Part shown: positions 14,579 to 45,964 of the stretch, piece after piece | Layout: every line of letters begins with the position of its first letter | Numbering within the stretch: the first letter of the stretch is position 1 | Assembly (NCBI RefSeq): GCF_009914755.1 | Contig: NC_060931.1 | DNA from: the human T2T-CHM13v2.0 reference genome, Homo sapiens | Reading direction: 5' to 3' (one strand) | DNA length: 64,000 nucleotides | Translations under genes and position numbers: made by a program | The notes under the pieces: generated by a model | What the model was told of the DNA's origin: nothing | Database searches by the model: none | The model's input: only the letters and a program-made list of their open reading frames with translations

Positions 14579-15438
14579 AAGAATGTCACTTTCAAAAGTA
14601 CAAATGCATACAATGAATTCTACCTCCAAGGAAAATATTTCTTTAAAAGGAGAAATTGCTTCTGCTATTGCTGCATTTTTTGTTGTGTTGTGCTAGGATA
14701 CTTGGCTTACAAATTATTTCCTGTGAATAAACCATGTCATCATTTTCATTGAGTCCTTTCAATCTCCCACTTTGGTCCACTCATCCAACTCACTTCCTGG
14801 CTCTCTTCACTATTTGCCCCTCATAGAGTGTGATGCATGTCCTCATTTTCCAGCTCCTAGTTGCTCTGTTTTTCTTTTTCATTTCTTCTTATGTTATCTG
14901 CAACCATTATTTTACTCCATTTGTTTTCCTTCATTTGTTCTCATTGTCTTCCTCATTCTCACCCTCTTTTCCTTCTCTTGATCCTCTTATTGGCTTACTC
15001 TTTATTGAGTTTTCCATTGCCTTTTTCCTCTTTTTCCTCTCTGCAATCCCTACCCTCATAATAAAACCTGGTAAAAAGTGCTTCCACAGAAAAGGCAGAA
15101 CATTAACATGTAGGGATTCACTCTGCCCCGATATTCCCAGAACAGTGCTGCTTGAGTCTAGCCCGAGCCCTTCTGGTGATTGCCCATCCATAGAGTCGGT
15201 AAGTTGACCAGAATCCCATTAGTCAATATTCAGTTACAGCTTACCACTCCATTACTTCTGTTCTTCAGAGAGGGGAATAGCTATGCCCCTCTCTTGCCCT
15301 ACCTCCACTCCCACCCCCACCCCCCACTGCCACTCCCTGGCTCTTTTCCTCCACACTAAATGTTCAGAAGACATTATTTACCTGGGGAGGGGAAGACTGG
15401 GGAGGGGAAGCAGTGAGGGAAAGAAATATCTCCTATAA

Positions 15439-16265
<827 letters not shown>

Positions 16266-16307
16266 CTAAATGAATTACAATCTAGTAGGAGAAACTACAT
16301 GTCCTTT

Positions 16308-17570
<1,263 letters not shown>

Positions 17571-18435
17571 TCCAAGAAGTGTGTTATGTTGACTACAAAA
17601 TTTTTTAAAAATTATCTAAATTTTTAATCTTCCTGATGGTAGAAAATTTGATGTAGTCATATTTGAGATAATTTGCTTTTGTTTGTTTTGGTTTTGGTCA
17701 TTTAAGTTCTAAACTCAATCACTACCATATTCATTCTCCCTTTTATCTATCGCTGATTTGAAGGTCCAAGGGTTTAAGAGGGCCATGGCATATGTGGGGA
17801 AACACATTAGGTTTTGGGAGGCATTCTTGGTTTACCGTGGCATATGTAGAGTGTGACTTGCCTCCATTCCCGCCCCCCCCCCATAATAAAACATCTGCAA
17901 ATATTTTCTGTTGTTGTTTTTAAGAAACTGGGTCTTGCTATGTGGCCAAGGCAGACCTCAAACTCCTGAGATCAAGTGATCATCCCTCCTCTGCCTCCTG
18001 AGTAGGGGGTATTGCAGGCACGGGTCACCCTACCCGGTTAACAATACAGGTTTTGTTTTCGTTTTTTTAGAGACTGAATCTCGCTATGTTGCCCAGGCTG
18101 GAGTGCAGTGACTATTCACAGGCATGGTTATAGTGCACTGTGGCCTGAGACTCCTGGTCTCAAGTGATCCTCCCACCTCAGCTTCCTGAGAAGTGAGGAC
18201 TACAGCAGTGCACCCTTGTGCTTGGTTTCCATTGGCTTTTGACTGTGGGCCTCCCCATGGACCCCACTGAGATAGTCTGAGATGGCCTTTGGTGCCTACT
18301 CATTGCATTCTCCTTATCCTGACTCAAGTCATCCAGACCTCTCAGCTACTTCTGGAAGTCTGAGAATCTTTTCCTTCTTCCTCTAAATCTATAAGAAATT
18401 GGGTGAAGGGGTTAGTTCAGACCCTGTATGTCTAA

Positions 18436-19551
<1,116 letters not shown>

Positions 19552-21559
19552 TGATCTCCTCTCTCATAGGTGGTGGTAGTGGTGCAGTTAAGAAACAAGA
19601 AACAGCGCATCATCCAATTAGGCGGAAGCACAGGATGGATATGGGAAAGCAGTAACATCAGACAAGAAGATCAGATGGGAATAAAATTGTGGAGAGCTTT
19701 GGATGCAGTGGAGAGCCACAGAAAATTATGGGATAAGGGAGGGACATAGGATGAGAGCTGTAATTAAGGAAGAGTAATCTATTGGTAGTGTGGATCTTTG
19801 TGAAATATATTTGAACACGCTTTGTAGGGCAACAATATCCAAATAAAGAAATCATATGATTAAGAAAAACAAACAGTAAATTCATTTTCTGGACTTGAAG
19901 TTCCATATATGTGAACAAAGTACAATGTACGATTGTTTTACTCATGTGAAATTAGGAAGGCTAAAACGATGGAAGATCATTTTCTGTAAAACCATGGTGA
20001 TTTGAAAAACTTTAAGCTAGTGGGTTTGATCAAATTACATGGAATTCTTTCAAAACCAGCCTATTCAATTTTACTTCTCAGTTTTCCTTCCCTACCACCA
20101 TCATCTGGGGAATAAGAGGGACTTGTCTTTAGTAGGCTTGAATCCTGTATACCACCTATGTAATGAATTTTTAGCATATTAAGGGAGTTGATTTTTGAAT
20201 ACAAAATTCCATTCCTATTATGTGAATGTTTTCAAGGTGTAGCTTCAAAAATATACAATATGGTTTGAATTCTGGGGAAGGAGTGTTCAACTTTGGGGTG
20301 GCTTTAGGGGATAACAGATAAGTCAGAATTTTGAAGGAACTAAAACAAAGGGAACAGCGTGTACAAAGCAGGGTGGCCTTACAATTGCTGCAGCATGAAG
20401 CATGAGAGTCGCGGCGACTTCAGCTTGAGAGGCATATACGGACGAAATCGTGGAGAGATTTGTGAGTGGGTGAAGACCTGTGGGACAGACTTCCGTTTCT
20501 GGACCCACCCAGGTCAGAATCACTTGAGATGCTATCAAAATTGAATAACTGAATACGGAGGTGGCCCAAGCACCTGTTTTTCACTAAGCTTCTCAAGTTA
20601 TTCTTATGCAAACTAAGGTTTAAGAGCTACTTCCATGCAAAAAAACAAACAAACAAAAAATCCCAAGCTTAAACAGGAACCAATGGGTGGGGGAGGCGGG
20701 AAGAGCTGTTGAATGTCTTGTGATTAAGTAAAAGAACCTCTCACTTGAGGCCTACGGAGGTTGTGTTTAAGGGCAAGGTCTTGAAGGAAGGCTACGTTGC
20801 CTAGCCCTCCCCCATTGCCATCCCATATAGTCCTCCAGGAAAACTGTGATTTTAGCAAAGCCTTTCATGACCCACTCCATCTTTCTCTAAAGTCCAGTAC
20901 CGCTTCATTAGTATTGACAAAAAAAAAAAAAAAAGGTAAATACTTCTTAAAGTTACGTGTTACAAAATCTTGTTTCCTTCATTCCGTTTCTATTCTTCAA
21001 GTTCCTTAAAAGCTGCGCCATTTTTTGAGTGAAAAATGTGCGTAACTTCTGATATCAGCGTAGAGAGGTGAGGGAGGGAGGGAGGGAATAAAATAAGAGG
21101 GAGGGAGGAAATACAAAAGAATCCTGAAGTTATGAATTATTTGGGTAACAGTATTGAGGTTTATTTTTGCTTAATGATGCTATATTTATGCAATAAAAAC
21201 ATTTGTCAATCTGTATTAATTCCTGGGAAAACGAACCACTTTTAGTCACTTAAAAAGCAAATCACTGACTTTAAAAATTAATTTCACCTTTTTCATTGGG
21301 GAAACCCTTTAAAAATTTCCAACTTGCACGAGAACTTCCCCCCCTTATTCTTCATACTCATTCATTCTAGAGATGAGTAAAATTAGGTTGCAATATCCCT
21401 GCTGCCTCCAGAGTACCTCTTTCACACAGTATTTTAAAAAATTATTTCCTTGTTTGCTCTTCAGTACCTCCACTCCTTCCTCCTGTGACCCTCCGACCAT
21501 ATTTACTCCTCCTACAAGACCAGGTCTCCAGTAATGAAATCAGTTTTCCAAGCAGTTAC

Positions 21560-23037
<1,478 letters not shown>

Positions 23038-23966
23038 TGAGCTGCAGGGGAGAAGGGAGGGATGAAGATGAAGTGATGGTGACTTTCTTTGATGATTGAT
23101 TGCAGATCGGATGTCATTTATTTCTTATCTTGCATGTTTGGGGCTCTTTACCTTAATGAGTTCCCAGTTCTCTTCCCTCTCCTCTGCTGGGGACAAAGGA
23201 ACCAAGAGACGTTGTTTTGTTGTGTGTCTCTTTCAAAGGTTTTATTTTGAGACGGCGAAGAGAAATAATACAAAGTGATTTGGGTTTTCTGGTATTTTAT
23301 AGATAAAGCTGGAAGTTACTGTTCTCTTTGTGGTGTTTATTACTGTAAAATTAGACTTTTGACAGGTGTTCCATTGCTAACTTTGACAGGTTTGAAACAT
23401 TTAAAGTAAGTTTGAGTACAGTTTCGGGTAGAACACTTGGCGGTTTTTAAATTTTATTATTGCAAATATTTGAGCACCTCCTTTTTAAAAATACAGTGTA
23501 ACTGGAAAAGCATTTTTAATACTTTTTAGAGGAAATAGTTGATTTAGTTTGAAATAAAATGCTAATTAAGTAATTATGCTAGGTCAAGGGGCGTATGAAA
23601 TGGATACTTCAAATAGATTGTGGGCTGAGACTCATTTATTTGACTGCATGTTAGGAGCAGTATCCACTTGTAGGAGACAGTTTTCCGTGGGTCTCCGTTT
23701 CTTCACTCTTGCCAGCACCCTTGCCAGCGAGATACTGACTGCCCTTTGTTTCTATTTTTTCACGGATATTATCTAAAGAGCAGCCTTGGAAGATAGAGAT
23801 AGTGTCTTCCACCAGAGCAAAAGGCGGGGATACATATTATCCAGTATAATAAGAATAACGTCTCCCTCTGGAGCGAAAGGGTAGGCATGCTTACTGCCCA
23901 TCTTAAAAGATTAGGGTTCCCTAAGCTTAGGGTTCCTCTCCTGTAGAGAAGGAACTGCCTGTGTAG

Positions 23967-24472
<506 letters not shown>

Positions 24473-24548
24473 TCAGATCCTTCGCAGTAGTTTGCTCTGA
24501 AGAGGCCCACGACTGGAAAGTTCGAACAGGTGAAAGCTTAAACCTTAG

Positions 24549-25222
<674 letters not shown>

Positions 25223-25678
25223 CCTCTTCCATTTATATTTTAAATGGTTAAACAGGCTTGTAGCCAATTAAGATCTGAATTGTGCATGATTATAGAATTA
25301 TGACATATTGTTTGCCTGGCCATGACATATGGACTTGAATTAATGAGAACATGGGTCGTAAAGTTATCATCCTCAATTCTGAGACAAGTTTGTGATTCCA
25401 TACTTCTCAAAATGTTCTGTGTAATTACAATCTGAATATTTTTTATCTTTATGCTGTATTGTACGCAAGAGTTCAAAGAAAGCGTTTAAATTGGAAGATG
25501 TTTTTGTTTTTATACTAGGAAAAACGTTTTAACAAATTGTACTTAAAAGTACACCTAAAAAGAATTAAAGTTATCTTTAAAAAATTAAAAATGCTATCCT
25601 GAGTCTTAGTGACTTGGGTATTTTGTCCCTTTATCTCTCCTTGCATACTTATTTTAATACTAGCTGAAGCAAAAATTT

Positions 25679-26009
<331 letters not shown>

Positions 26010-27469
26010 AAATTTAGACATTGCTTAACTAAATAACGGGTTCATTTGATCAAACCAGTTCTTCATTTTCCTACTGAATTTGTGAGTACAGGCATCACAA
26101 GTCAAGTAATATCTATTACACAAAGGTTAAATAGGTAGTTGGGATGGAGAACTGTGTGAGCCTTGGGGTAAAATGGTAGGAAATGATGGGGAGTACAAGC
26201 AGGGGGGCAGACTCTTCTTAGCTATAGCAATTTGTCATGTGAGTGCAGGGCAAGTATTGAAGGATCTTTTATTTATTTAATGCAAATTCTGAATCTGGAT
26301 TTTTGAACAAAATTTTTCTAGTATTAGATATTGTCAACTAATTAAAAATGTGTGAATATTTATACACATAAATATATATACACACACACAATTAATTTAT
26401 GGGCCCATGCTATAGGCCAAACAATAGGTTTGTTGAGGCCAAATATGTTATATTTCATACACTTTTTAGATTTCAAAAACTGGAGATTTTCAAACTTTAA
26501 CACCACTAAACTTTAACACCTAAAAAAAATTTAGATTTTTAGGCCCCTCCCTCCTGAAAATCTGATTCTACCTAATCTGGCGTAGTTGCAGAATGCTAGG
26601 GTATAATACAGTTACACTCTAGAATTGTTTCTTTAATGCAAGCAGTATTCTAAAACTGTTTCAGATCTAGTTTCCCTTTCTATAAAATACTTTTCATGCT
26701 CTCTTTGTCATCCTAAATGAATTTCATGGGGAAAAAAAATCCTAACACATTTTTCTTACAAAAGTAAACATAATGTTTGAACTGTTTTAAAGGAGAAATA
26801 AAATGAAGCAAATAACAGCAGAAAAGTATAATTTATAAATGCTCAGATACAATTACACTGGCCACCAAGCTCCCATTGAGAACATTTGTTTTAAAACTTC
26901 GGTTTAACTGTCCTTTTTTCTCAGGCTACATGTTGGAAGGAATGAGGGTGAATGACCACAAGTTAAAATTGGATGACTCCTTCAGTCTTGACTGTCATTT
27001 TCTTAGTATGCAGTTATATCTAGGAGAGAGGCAAAACTTTAGGAAATGGATTTTCTTTTACGTATGTTAAGAAAACAAACTGATCTTAGAGAAATGTTAT
27101 AATATTGTGTAGTATTTTGTGTTGTTAACGTACTGTTCAGCTAATGAGTAGCAAACTGGGAGTTTGAGAGCAGTTTTTTCCTCTCTACCTAAAAGACAAT
27201 ATTGAAGAGCTATTTTTAACAAATACTGAGAACATACTTTTGAAAGGTATTATTTGTCTAGAGAGGGTTAAAATATAAGACTAAATCCCTTTTCCAAGAT
27301 TTCTTTACTAACTGGCAGTATACAAGATACGTAACTATTCTGGGACTGATTTCTTGGCAAAAAGTATAAATCATCTCATGAGTGCAATCTTTAATGGCAA
27401 AGGATTAATATTTAAGAATGATCTGTGTTACCTGTCAGTCCTATATATATAAAAATATACATATTTTTA

Positions 27470-30400
<2,931 letters not shown>

Positions 30401-31040
30401 TCCTGCTTGGCCTCCAGTATCTTTGCTTCTCTCTCAATCCCTTAGCAGCTGCTCTCTGGTAAACTTCCCATGGACTTGCTCTGCACATGCGTAGTAGCCT
30501 TCAGCCAAGGACTTGGCAAAACCCTTACATAGACTACTGGCACCCTTTCTCTGTTCAGCTCCCTTCTCCCAAGTGCTTTGCCCTATATATTCCATCTGGT
30601 TCACAATCCCCGAATCTCTCTGGCTCCTTTGCTATGTTCTGCATTGGCTGTAGCTCCATGAACCATGATCACAAAATAGTCCTCAGTTAGGGAATCAAGA
30701 TTTAGGGGGCTTATTCACCTGAGCTTTTCTTTCCTCATGGATCACAGTACTGCATTGCCTTTTGTCCATTGTCTGAAAAGTTGCCTAAGGTATCTGTCCT
30801 GGTAATATACAGTAATTAATGACAGGAAAGCTTGTCTCAGTACTAGTTACTCTATTCCTGGTGGAAAACTGATGTCAGAAGAATGCTTTTTAATTTCATT
30901 GTACCTTTTTAAATATACCCAAATGTGGGTAATTTGTAAACTTTCATTTTTAGGTCTCTAGATTTCTCTGTTTAATTTTTCTTCAAGAAGTTAAACTATC
31001 AACTAGATGCACAAGTTTTTCAAATTTCTTTCTGCAATGT

Positions 31041-36153
<5,113 letters not shown>

Positions 36154-36949
36154 TATCTTGTACTTTTTCTATGCCAGCTCTCCAAGGAGCCCCAATTCCT
36201 TATTTTGGTGAAATCCAGTTTATCTTTTATGGATTATTCTTTTGTGCCATATTTAAGAAATCTTTGTCTAACACAGGTATTTTATCCTGTTTTCTTCTTG
36301 GAAGTCCCATAGTTTTGAGGTTTACATTTAGGTCTATGATCCATTTTGAGTTAATGTTGGTATGTGGTATGAGATATGGATCCAAGTTCATTTTATACAT
36401 GGATATGCAGTTTTTCTAGCATTGTTGTTAGAGGACTGTCCTTTCTCCACTGCATTGTCATTGTCAAAAATCAGTTGTCCGTGCATGTCTGTGTTTATTT
36501 CTGGACTCTCTTCTGTTCCATTGGTCTTTTTGTTTATCTTTACACTAATATCATGCTGTTGAGTCTGTATTAAAGCCAAGAGATCTTATGTCAGGAAAAC
36601 AATAGGGAAGATGTTCTGCAGGAAATCCTTGTGTCTAACTGTAGAACTAAATTTAGTGACAGAGAAAAGGGGTGACAAAGTAGTATATACTTGTTATGCA
36701 CCCTAACAATGTAGGTATAATACAGTTATTCAAGAGTATAAGGGATATCATTTATGTGAATACTTCCTGAGGAAGCTGTTAGAGAATTAAGTTTCAGACA
36801 GCCAAGAAATGGTTTAATAGGCTCATTGATTGATTGTTTTATAAAACTTAACCAGGGCATCAAGAGATATTACTACTTTAAATAGATGCTGTGTGTTGTG
36901 GTATGGGAATGGTGAGGGGGGAAGAATGGAGCTAATTTCTATGTTGCTT

Positions 36950-39480
<2,531 letters not shown>

Positions 39481-41254
39481 AAATTCTCAGGATAATGATG
39501 AAGGAAAGCTCCAGGATGGCAGCTTGCAGCAGGCTTGAAAAGGTTTGGAGCTGGATGAAGGACTTCATATTTCAGAGAAGGATACATTTGAGGGCACAAA
39601 TGTAAAACTGTTTGATTAGCTGATATATTTGAACATATTGAAAAGGGTTTGCAGTTCTGTCGGAAAGTTTGCTGCTGATTTAGTGATAAATACTTAAAAA
39701 CTAAGCAGATTTTTAAAATGCAGGCAATTGATAATTCGAGAATGAAATTGCTTGAGAAAGGAAATACTGTACTATGCTCTGCACCTCAGTTGTGAATATT
39801 ATTAAATGTTTATAATATATAAACATGTTTTATTTATCAGATTTCCAACTAAAATTATAAATTTGTTGGAAAACTAATAGAAATAAATGTCAGGAGGATA
39901 AGGAGGGAAAGATTTTTTGATGGGGTCTTACCTACATTTTCCACTGTAAGGCTGGACAGGTAAGCCTTGTGGTTTATAAATCTTGGAATGTTGTAATTTA
40001 AAAAGAAATTGGTTTATGTACTAGTATAATTAAAGGAAACTGAGAAGTATATTGATTAATATTATAGGTCAGGGTAAATTATTTTGTTTTGGGCACAGTG
40101 GTTCATGCCTGTAATCCCAGCACTCTGGAAGGCTGAGGCAGGAGGATCGCTTGAGACTAATTCAAGACCAGCCTGAGCAGCATAGCAAAAACCCTGTCTT
40201 TTTATTTATTTATTTATTTTTGAGGCAGCATCTTACTCTGCGGCCCAGGCTAGAGTGCAGTAGTGCAAACACAGCTTACTTCAGCCTTTATCCCCTGGGC
40301 TGAAGTGATCCTCCTACCTTAGCCTCTTGAGTAGCTGGGACAACAGGTGCATGCTACCACACCCAGCTAGTTTTTGTTTATTTTAGAACTCAGGGATTCA
40401 TGAATGGGCAGTATCAGTTGAGCAAGTGGCTCAGTGCTCCAAAGAAGGGGCAGGAGAGGGAAACTTTGATAAGGTGTTCTTGGCATCAAGACAGTAGAAA
40501 GTACCTAGTTAGAGGCTAGTTGGCAGTTTCTGATTCATAAAGTCACTAGAGGTTAGTTGGTGGTTTCTGATTAGTTAAGCTTAAGTTCACTTTGAGTTTG
40601 GTTTCTTTTTGCTTAAATAGGAACCCAAGGTGCTGTGGCCATCTCAGCATAGTGGCCTTCCAATTCATTATTTTAATAGGGATTAAGAAGACTAAAAGTT
40701 AAGGCTCCATCCTTGACTTTTTAAAAAAGCTTAATCTTCCCTTAACAAATTCTGTCAATTCTCCTTTCTACATCTCAGAAATCGGTTGCCTTCTTTTTAT
40801 CTTCATTTCCTGAGGTCATTTCAGCTGCTTCCTAATTGTCCTTCCTACCTCTGAGGGTGCCTTCTCATTTTTGTTGAAGAGGTCTCCCCACCATGAACTG
40901 AAAACTTAGGATGCTTAAGCTTTTCAAAAAGTGTGAGGGAAACACATGTACAATTAACATATTAAGTGAATAATTATATAACCACCACTTAGATCAAGAA
41001 ACACACATAGCCAGTAACCCCAAAAGTTCCTTGTCTGCTATATTTTTATCACTCCTTCCCTTTCCCTTAGAAGTTAACCGTTTGTCCAACCTTTTTTTTT
41101 TCTTCTTCTTCTTCTTTTTGACAGGGTCTTGCTCTGTCACCTAGGCCAGAGTGTAGTGGTGCAATCAGGGATCACTGCAGCCTTTATCTGCCAGGTTCAA
41201 ATGATCCTCCAGCCGTAGACTCCTGAGTAGCTGGGCGTGTGTCACCATGCCTGA

Positions 41255-41398
<144 letters not shown>

Positions 41399-42885
41399 TA
41401 ATTTTGTATTTTTTAGTAGATATGGGGTTTCTCCATGTTGGTCAGGCTGGTCTTGAACTCCCGATCTCAGGTGATCTGCCTGCCTTGGCCTCCCAAAGTG
41501 CTGGGATTACAGGCGTGCCACTGCGCCCGGCATTTATTTTATTTTTTAATTTTATTTTTTTTTGAGACAGAGTTTTGCTCTTGTTGCCCAGACTGGAGTG
41601 CAATGGTGCGAGCTCAGCTCACTGCAGCTTCTGCCCCCGGGTTCAAGCGATTCTCCCACCTCAGCCTTCCAAGCAGCTGGGATTACAGACATGTGCCAAC
41701 ACCTCCGGCTAATTTTTGTGTTTTTAGTAGAGACAGGGTTTCGCCATGTTGGCCAGGCTGGTCTCAAACTCCTGAACTCAGGTGATCCACTAGCTTCAGC
41801 CTCCCAAAGTGCTGGGATTACAGGTGTAAGCCACCGCACCCGGGCCATGAATAAGTTTTTAAATTTTTTTTTGTAGTGACGAGGTCTCACTTTTACCTAG
41901 GCTGGTCTTGAACTCCTGAGGTCAAGCAGTCCTACCACCTCAGTCTCCCAAAGTTCTGGGAATACAGGCGTGAGGCACTGCACTTGGCCTGCCCCACTTT
42001 TATGTTAACAATTCCTTCATTTACGTAATGGTGAATGCTGTAACCTAGCTTTGTCTGTTTTGGGACTTTGTGTGAAAGGAATGGTGCTGGTGTATTTTAT
42101 TTCTTCCTATCTTCATTTAACATTGAAGGGATCATCCATGTTGTTGCATATAGCTATAGTTTATTCATTTTTAATGCTATATAATACTTTGCACAAATAT
42201 ACCACAATTAAATTTTCCATTCTGTTATTGCTGTGTATTGGAAATGTTGCCTGTTTTTTGCTCTTTTTAAAGCAATGAAGCTATTAACATTCTTGTTAAT
42301 ATATCCTGCTGTTCGTATATGTGAGTCCTGAGGTTTTGGTGTGTGGGTGTTTTTTTGTTTTGTTTTGTTTTTTTAAATACGGTAAGGCAGAATTCCTGAT
42401 CATAGAGAAGGTGAACGCTCAAGTTAACTTACCAACTCTCATATACCCACTAGCAGTTCATGTATGTTCCTGTTGGCTCAGATGTAGATGTTCACTAACA
42501 TTTTGTATTATCAATCTTTTTATTTTTTGGCAACCTCGTGGGTGTTTCCTGTTAACTTATTGGGATCTGAGAAGCTTTTCCTAAGTACCAGTTAGGTTGA
42601 GCACTTTCCATATCCATCATTTAGATTTCAGCTATTGTGAAGCACTTGTTTGAGTCTCTCCTATTTTTTCTTTTTGTTGGGTTATTTAAACTTTTTTTTT
42701 CATTTTTTAAAAAGTTATTATTATTATTATTTTTTAAGACAGAGTTTCACTCTTGTTGCTCAGGCTGGAGTGCAATGGTGTGATCTCAGCTTGCTGCAAC
42801 CTCTGACCCCCAGGTTCAAGCGATTCTCCTGCCTCAGCCTCCCGAGTAGTAGGGATTACAGGCATGCGCCACTACGCCCGGCTAA

Positions 42886-43002
<117 letters not shown>

Positions 43003-44207
43003 TGATCTTGTTGTGTTGTCCAGGCTGGTCTCAAACTCCTGGGCTCAAGCAATCCTTCTGCCTCAGCCTCCCAAATATCTGGGATGACAAGTATGCGCCA
43101 CCGTGTCTGGCTATTTTAATTTTAATAGGAGTTATTTTATATTCTCGCTATCTTCTTCCATTCTGTTTGCCTTTTTTATAGGGTCTTTTATTTTTTGAAT
43201 TTGAATTTTTGAATTTTATGAATCTCTGTGGTAAGTACTCTCGTTTTAAGAATCTTTCTGGGCTGGGCGCTGTAGCTCACACCTGTAATCCCAGTACTGT
43301 GGGAGGATCACTCGAGCCCAGGAGTTTGAGACTAGTGTGGGCAACATAGGGAGACCTTATCTCAATACAAACAAACAAACAAACAAAACGAGCCAGGCAT
43401 GGTGGCACAAGCCTGTGATCTCAACTACTTGAGAGGCTAATGTGGGAAGATTGCTTGGACCCAGGAGGACCCAGGGCTGCAGTGAGCCTTCATCATACCA
43501 CAGCACTCCAGCCTGAGTAACAGAGCAAGACCCTGTCTCCAAAAAAAAAGAAAAAAGAAAATATTTTATTTTAAAAGCTCTATAATTTTTCCTTCACATT
43601 TGGGTTTTCGTTTCATCTGCAGTTGATTTATGTGTATGGTGAGGTTGCAGTCCAGTTTCACTTTCTACCTGCTATCCAAGCCCCATTAGCGGAAAATAGT
43701 ACCATTCTTTTCCCAGTGCTCTACACCGCCGTGCTTATAATTATGTATGCGTGAGTCTGTTTCTTCCTTAGCGTCTGATTTCTCTTTCTCAGGCAGTTTT
43801 AATCTGTTGATCTATTTGTTACTACCTGCACCAGGGCCACACTTTTTTTTCCTTTTAGAAAAAAGGGTCTTGCTATGTTGCCCAATTTGGTCTCGTACTC
43901 CTGACCTCAAATTGTCCTCCTGTCTTGGTCTTGGGATTACAGGCATGAACCACTGCTTGGCCCACATTCTCTTTACAGTAGTTTTTGACAGCTGGCAAAG
44001 CAAGTCCTTATGTAACCCCTTACCAATACCTGTAATTATTTTTCAGAAGCATCTTCTAATTGTTTTTTAGCTATTTGAATTATCACATAAGAATCCACCT
44101 GTCAGGTTTCACAAAAAAACATGATAGGCTATTGGGATTATGAGAAATTGATAAAAAAAATCACTTTGGGGAGAATATTATTATGCTTCTTAATTTTTTT
44201 CCTTTAA

Positions 44208-44310
44208 GTCAGATGGGTAGCGTGGTAGCATCCTAACAAAGTTTGAAGGAGGCACATCGTACACATATGCCTGAAAACCTGATCATCATGCTTATGAACC
44301 ACAAAAGGAT
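44208..44310 (-). pseudogene. U13 (SNORD13) snoRNA retropseudogene
   Basis: Reverse complement ATCCTTTTGTGGTTCATAAGCATGATGATCAGG...CTACCCATCTGAC matches U13 over its length, with C-box TGATGA and D-box CTGA; A-rich tail at 44191-44205; TSD-like TTATGCTT on both sides. Confidence 0.88.
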
Positions 44311-44599
44311 CTTATGCTTTCTTTACCGACTCGTTAAGTATAATTATTCCCATTGAGATTTTGCAAGTCTTCTCTTAAAGTTTTTCTAGGTACTTGATAG
44401 GTTATGATGCTACTGTAAATGATATTCCATTTTAACTTCATTCTACCTTTTTGTTCCTGGTAAATATAAATACAAATGTGTGGGGTTTTTTTTCCTTTTT
44501 ATTATTTTTTGTAGTGATGGTGTCTCACTATGTTGCCCAGGTGGGTCTTGAACTCCTGGACTCAAGTGATCCTCTCACTTTGGCCTCTCAAAATGCTGA

Positions 44600-44827
<228 letters not shown>

Positions 44828-45287
44828 TAGCGGGGGGGGTCTCACTTTGTTGCCCAGGCTGGTGTCAAATCCCTACACTCCTCTGGCCTCAAATGCCTAC
44901 ACTCCTCTGGCCTTGGCCTCCCAAAGTGCTGGGATCTTAGGCATTAGCCACTGTGCCTGGACCCAAATGTTAAAAAATTTTTTTTTCAATAACTTTGTTA
45001 AATCTTTCTAATTCTAGTAAGTTCTCTGTAGCTTTGTTTGGCTTCTCTTGTATCTAATCATATCATCTGTGAATAATGACAGTGTTTATTATTTCCAATC
45101 TTTATGCCTTTTCTTTTTCTTGCTTTATCATGCTGCCTAAATTCTCCATTGTTGAATAAAAGTCAAGCCAGTGGATATTTATCTTGTTCCTGATCTCAGA
45201 AAGGAAGCTTCAACATTACACCATTAAATAGGAAGTTTGCTGTAGGATTTTATATAGATCTTTTATAAGCATATAGATATTCCCATT

Positions 45288-45770
45288 GGTGAGGGAGGGA
45301 TTCCTGCCATAGGATTATGAGGTTGGCCCAATACATAACAACTGACACTGGGCAGATGAAATTGACAACAGTTTATTAGTCACATAGACTTGTATAGCCC
45401 TGGGGAGGACACTACATTGCCAGGCAGGGCCACATGATGGTTGCACTTGGGACGGAGTAAACAAACAGGGACTGTGGGAGGTAGCCTTTTTATGTAGTAT
45501 CATGAAAGTGGGGTGCCCCTGGTTCCCACAGGAGGATGAGATTGGCTTGTTTGAATAATTATATAGGTTGGCAAGGAACTGAAACTCAATATTTAAGCAT
45601 AAGCAGAAATTGTGCCTGGTCGCTTTGATAAAGAGTATTTGGTTAAGGGACCCTCTCTGTGGAAGTAGAGTGGGGAGGAGAACTTGTGGTTAGGCTGTTC
45701 AAAGTCCTCCCGGTTTTACCAGAATCAAGGCAGTACATAATATTGAACCTCAATTCTAGGCCATATACCT
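45288..45770. mobile_element. Solo LTR-like element (ERVL-class, family uncertain)
   Basis: More GC-rich block interrupting L1M; ACACTGGGCAGATGAAATTGACAACAGTTTATTAGTCACAT is LTR-like. Confidence 0.45.
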
Positions 45771-45838
45771 CCCCATTTATTTTCTAATATTCACAGAGGC
45801 ATGTGTGTCTGTGAGTGTATCTTTTTGATCATAAATAG

Positions 45839-45964
<126 letters not shown>

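Noticed and set aside
14772-15207. Hydrophobic ORFs resembling membrane proteins
   Set aside because: They arise from a CT-rich low-complexity tract; no splice or homology support.
23911-23937. TTAGGG copies around the palindrome CCCTAAGCTTAGGG
   Set aside because: Too short to call an interstitial telomere or a functional hairpin; compatible with chance or a small duplication.
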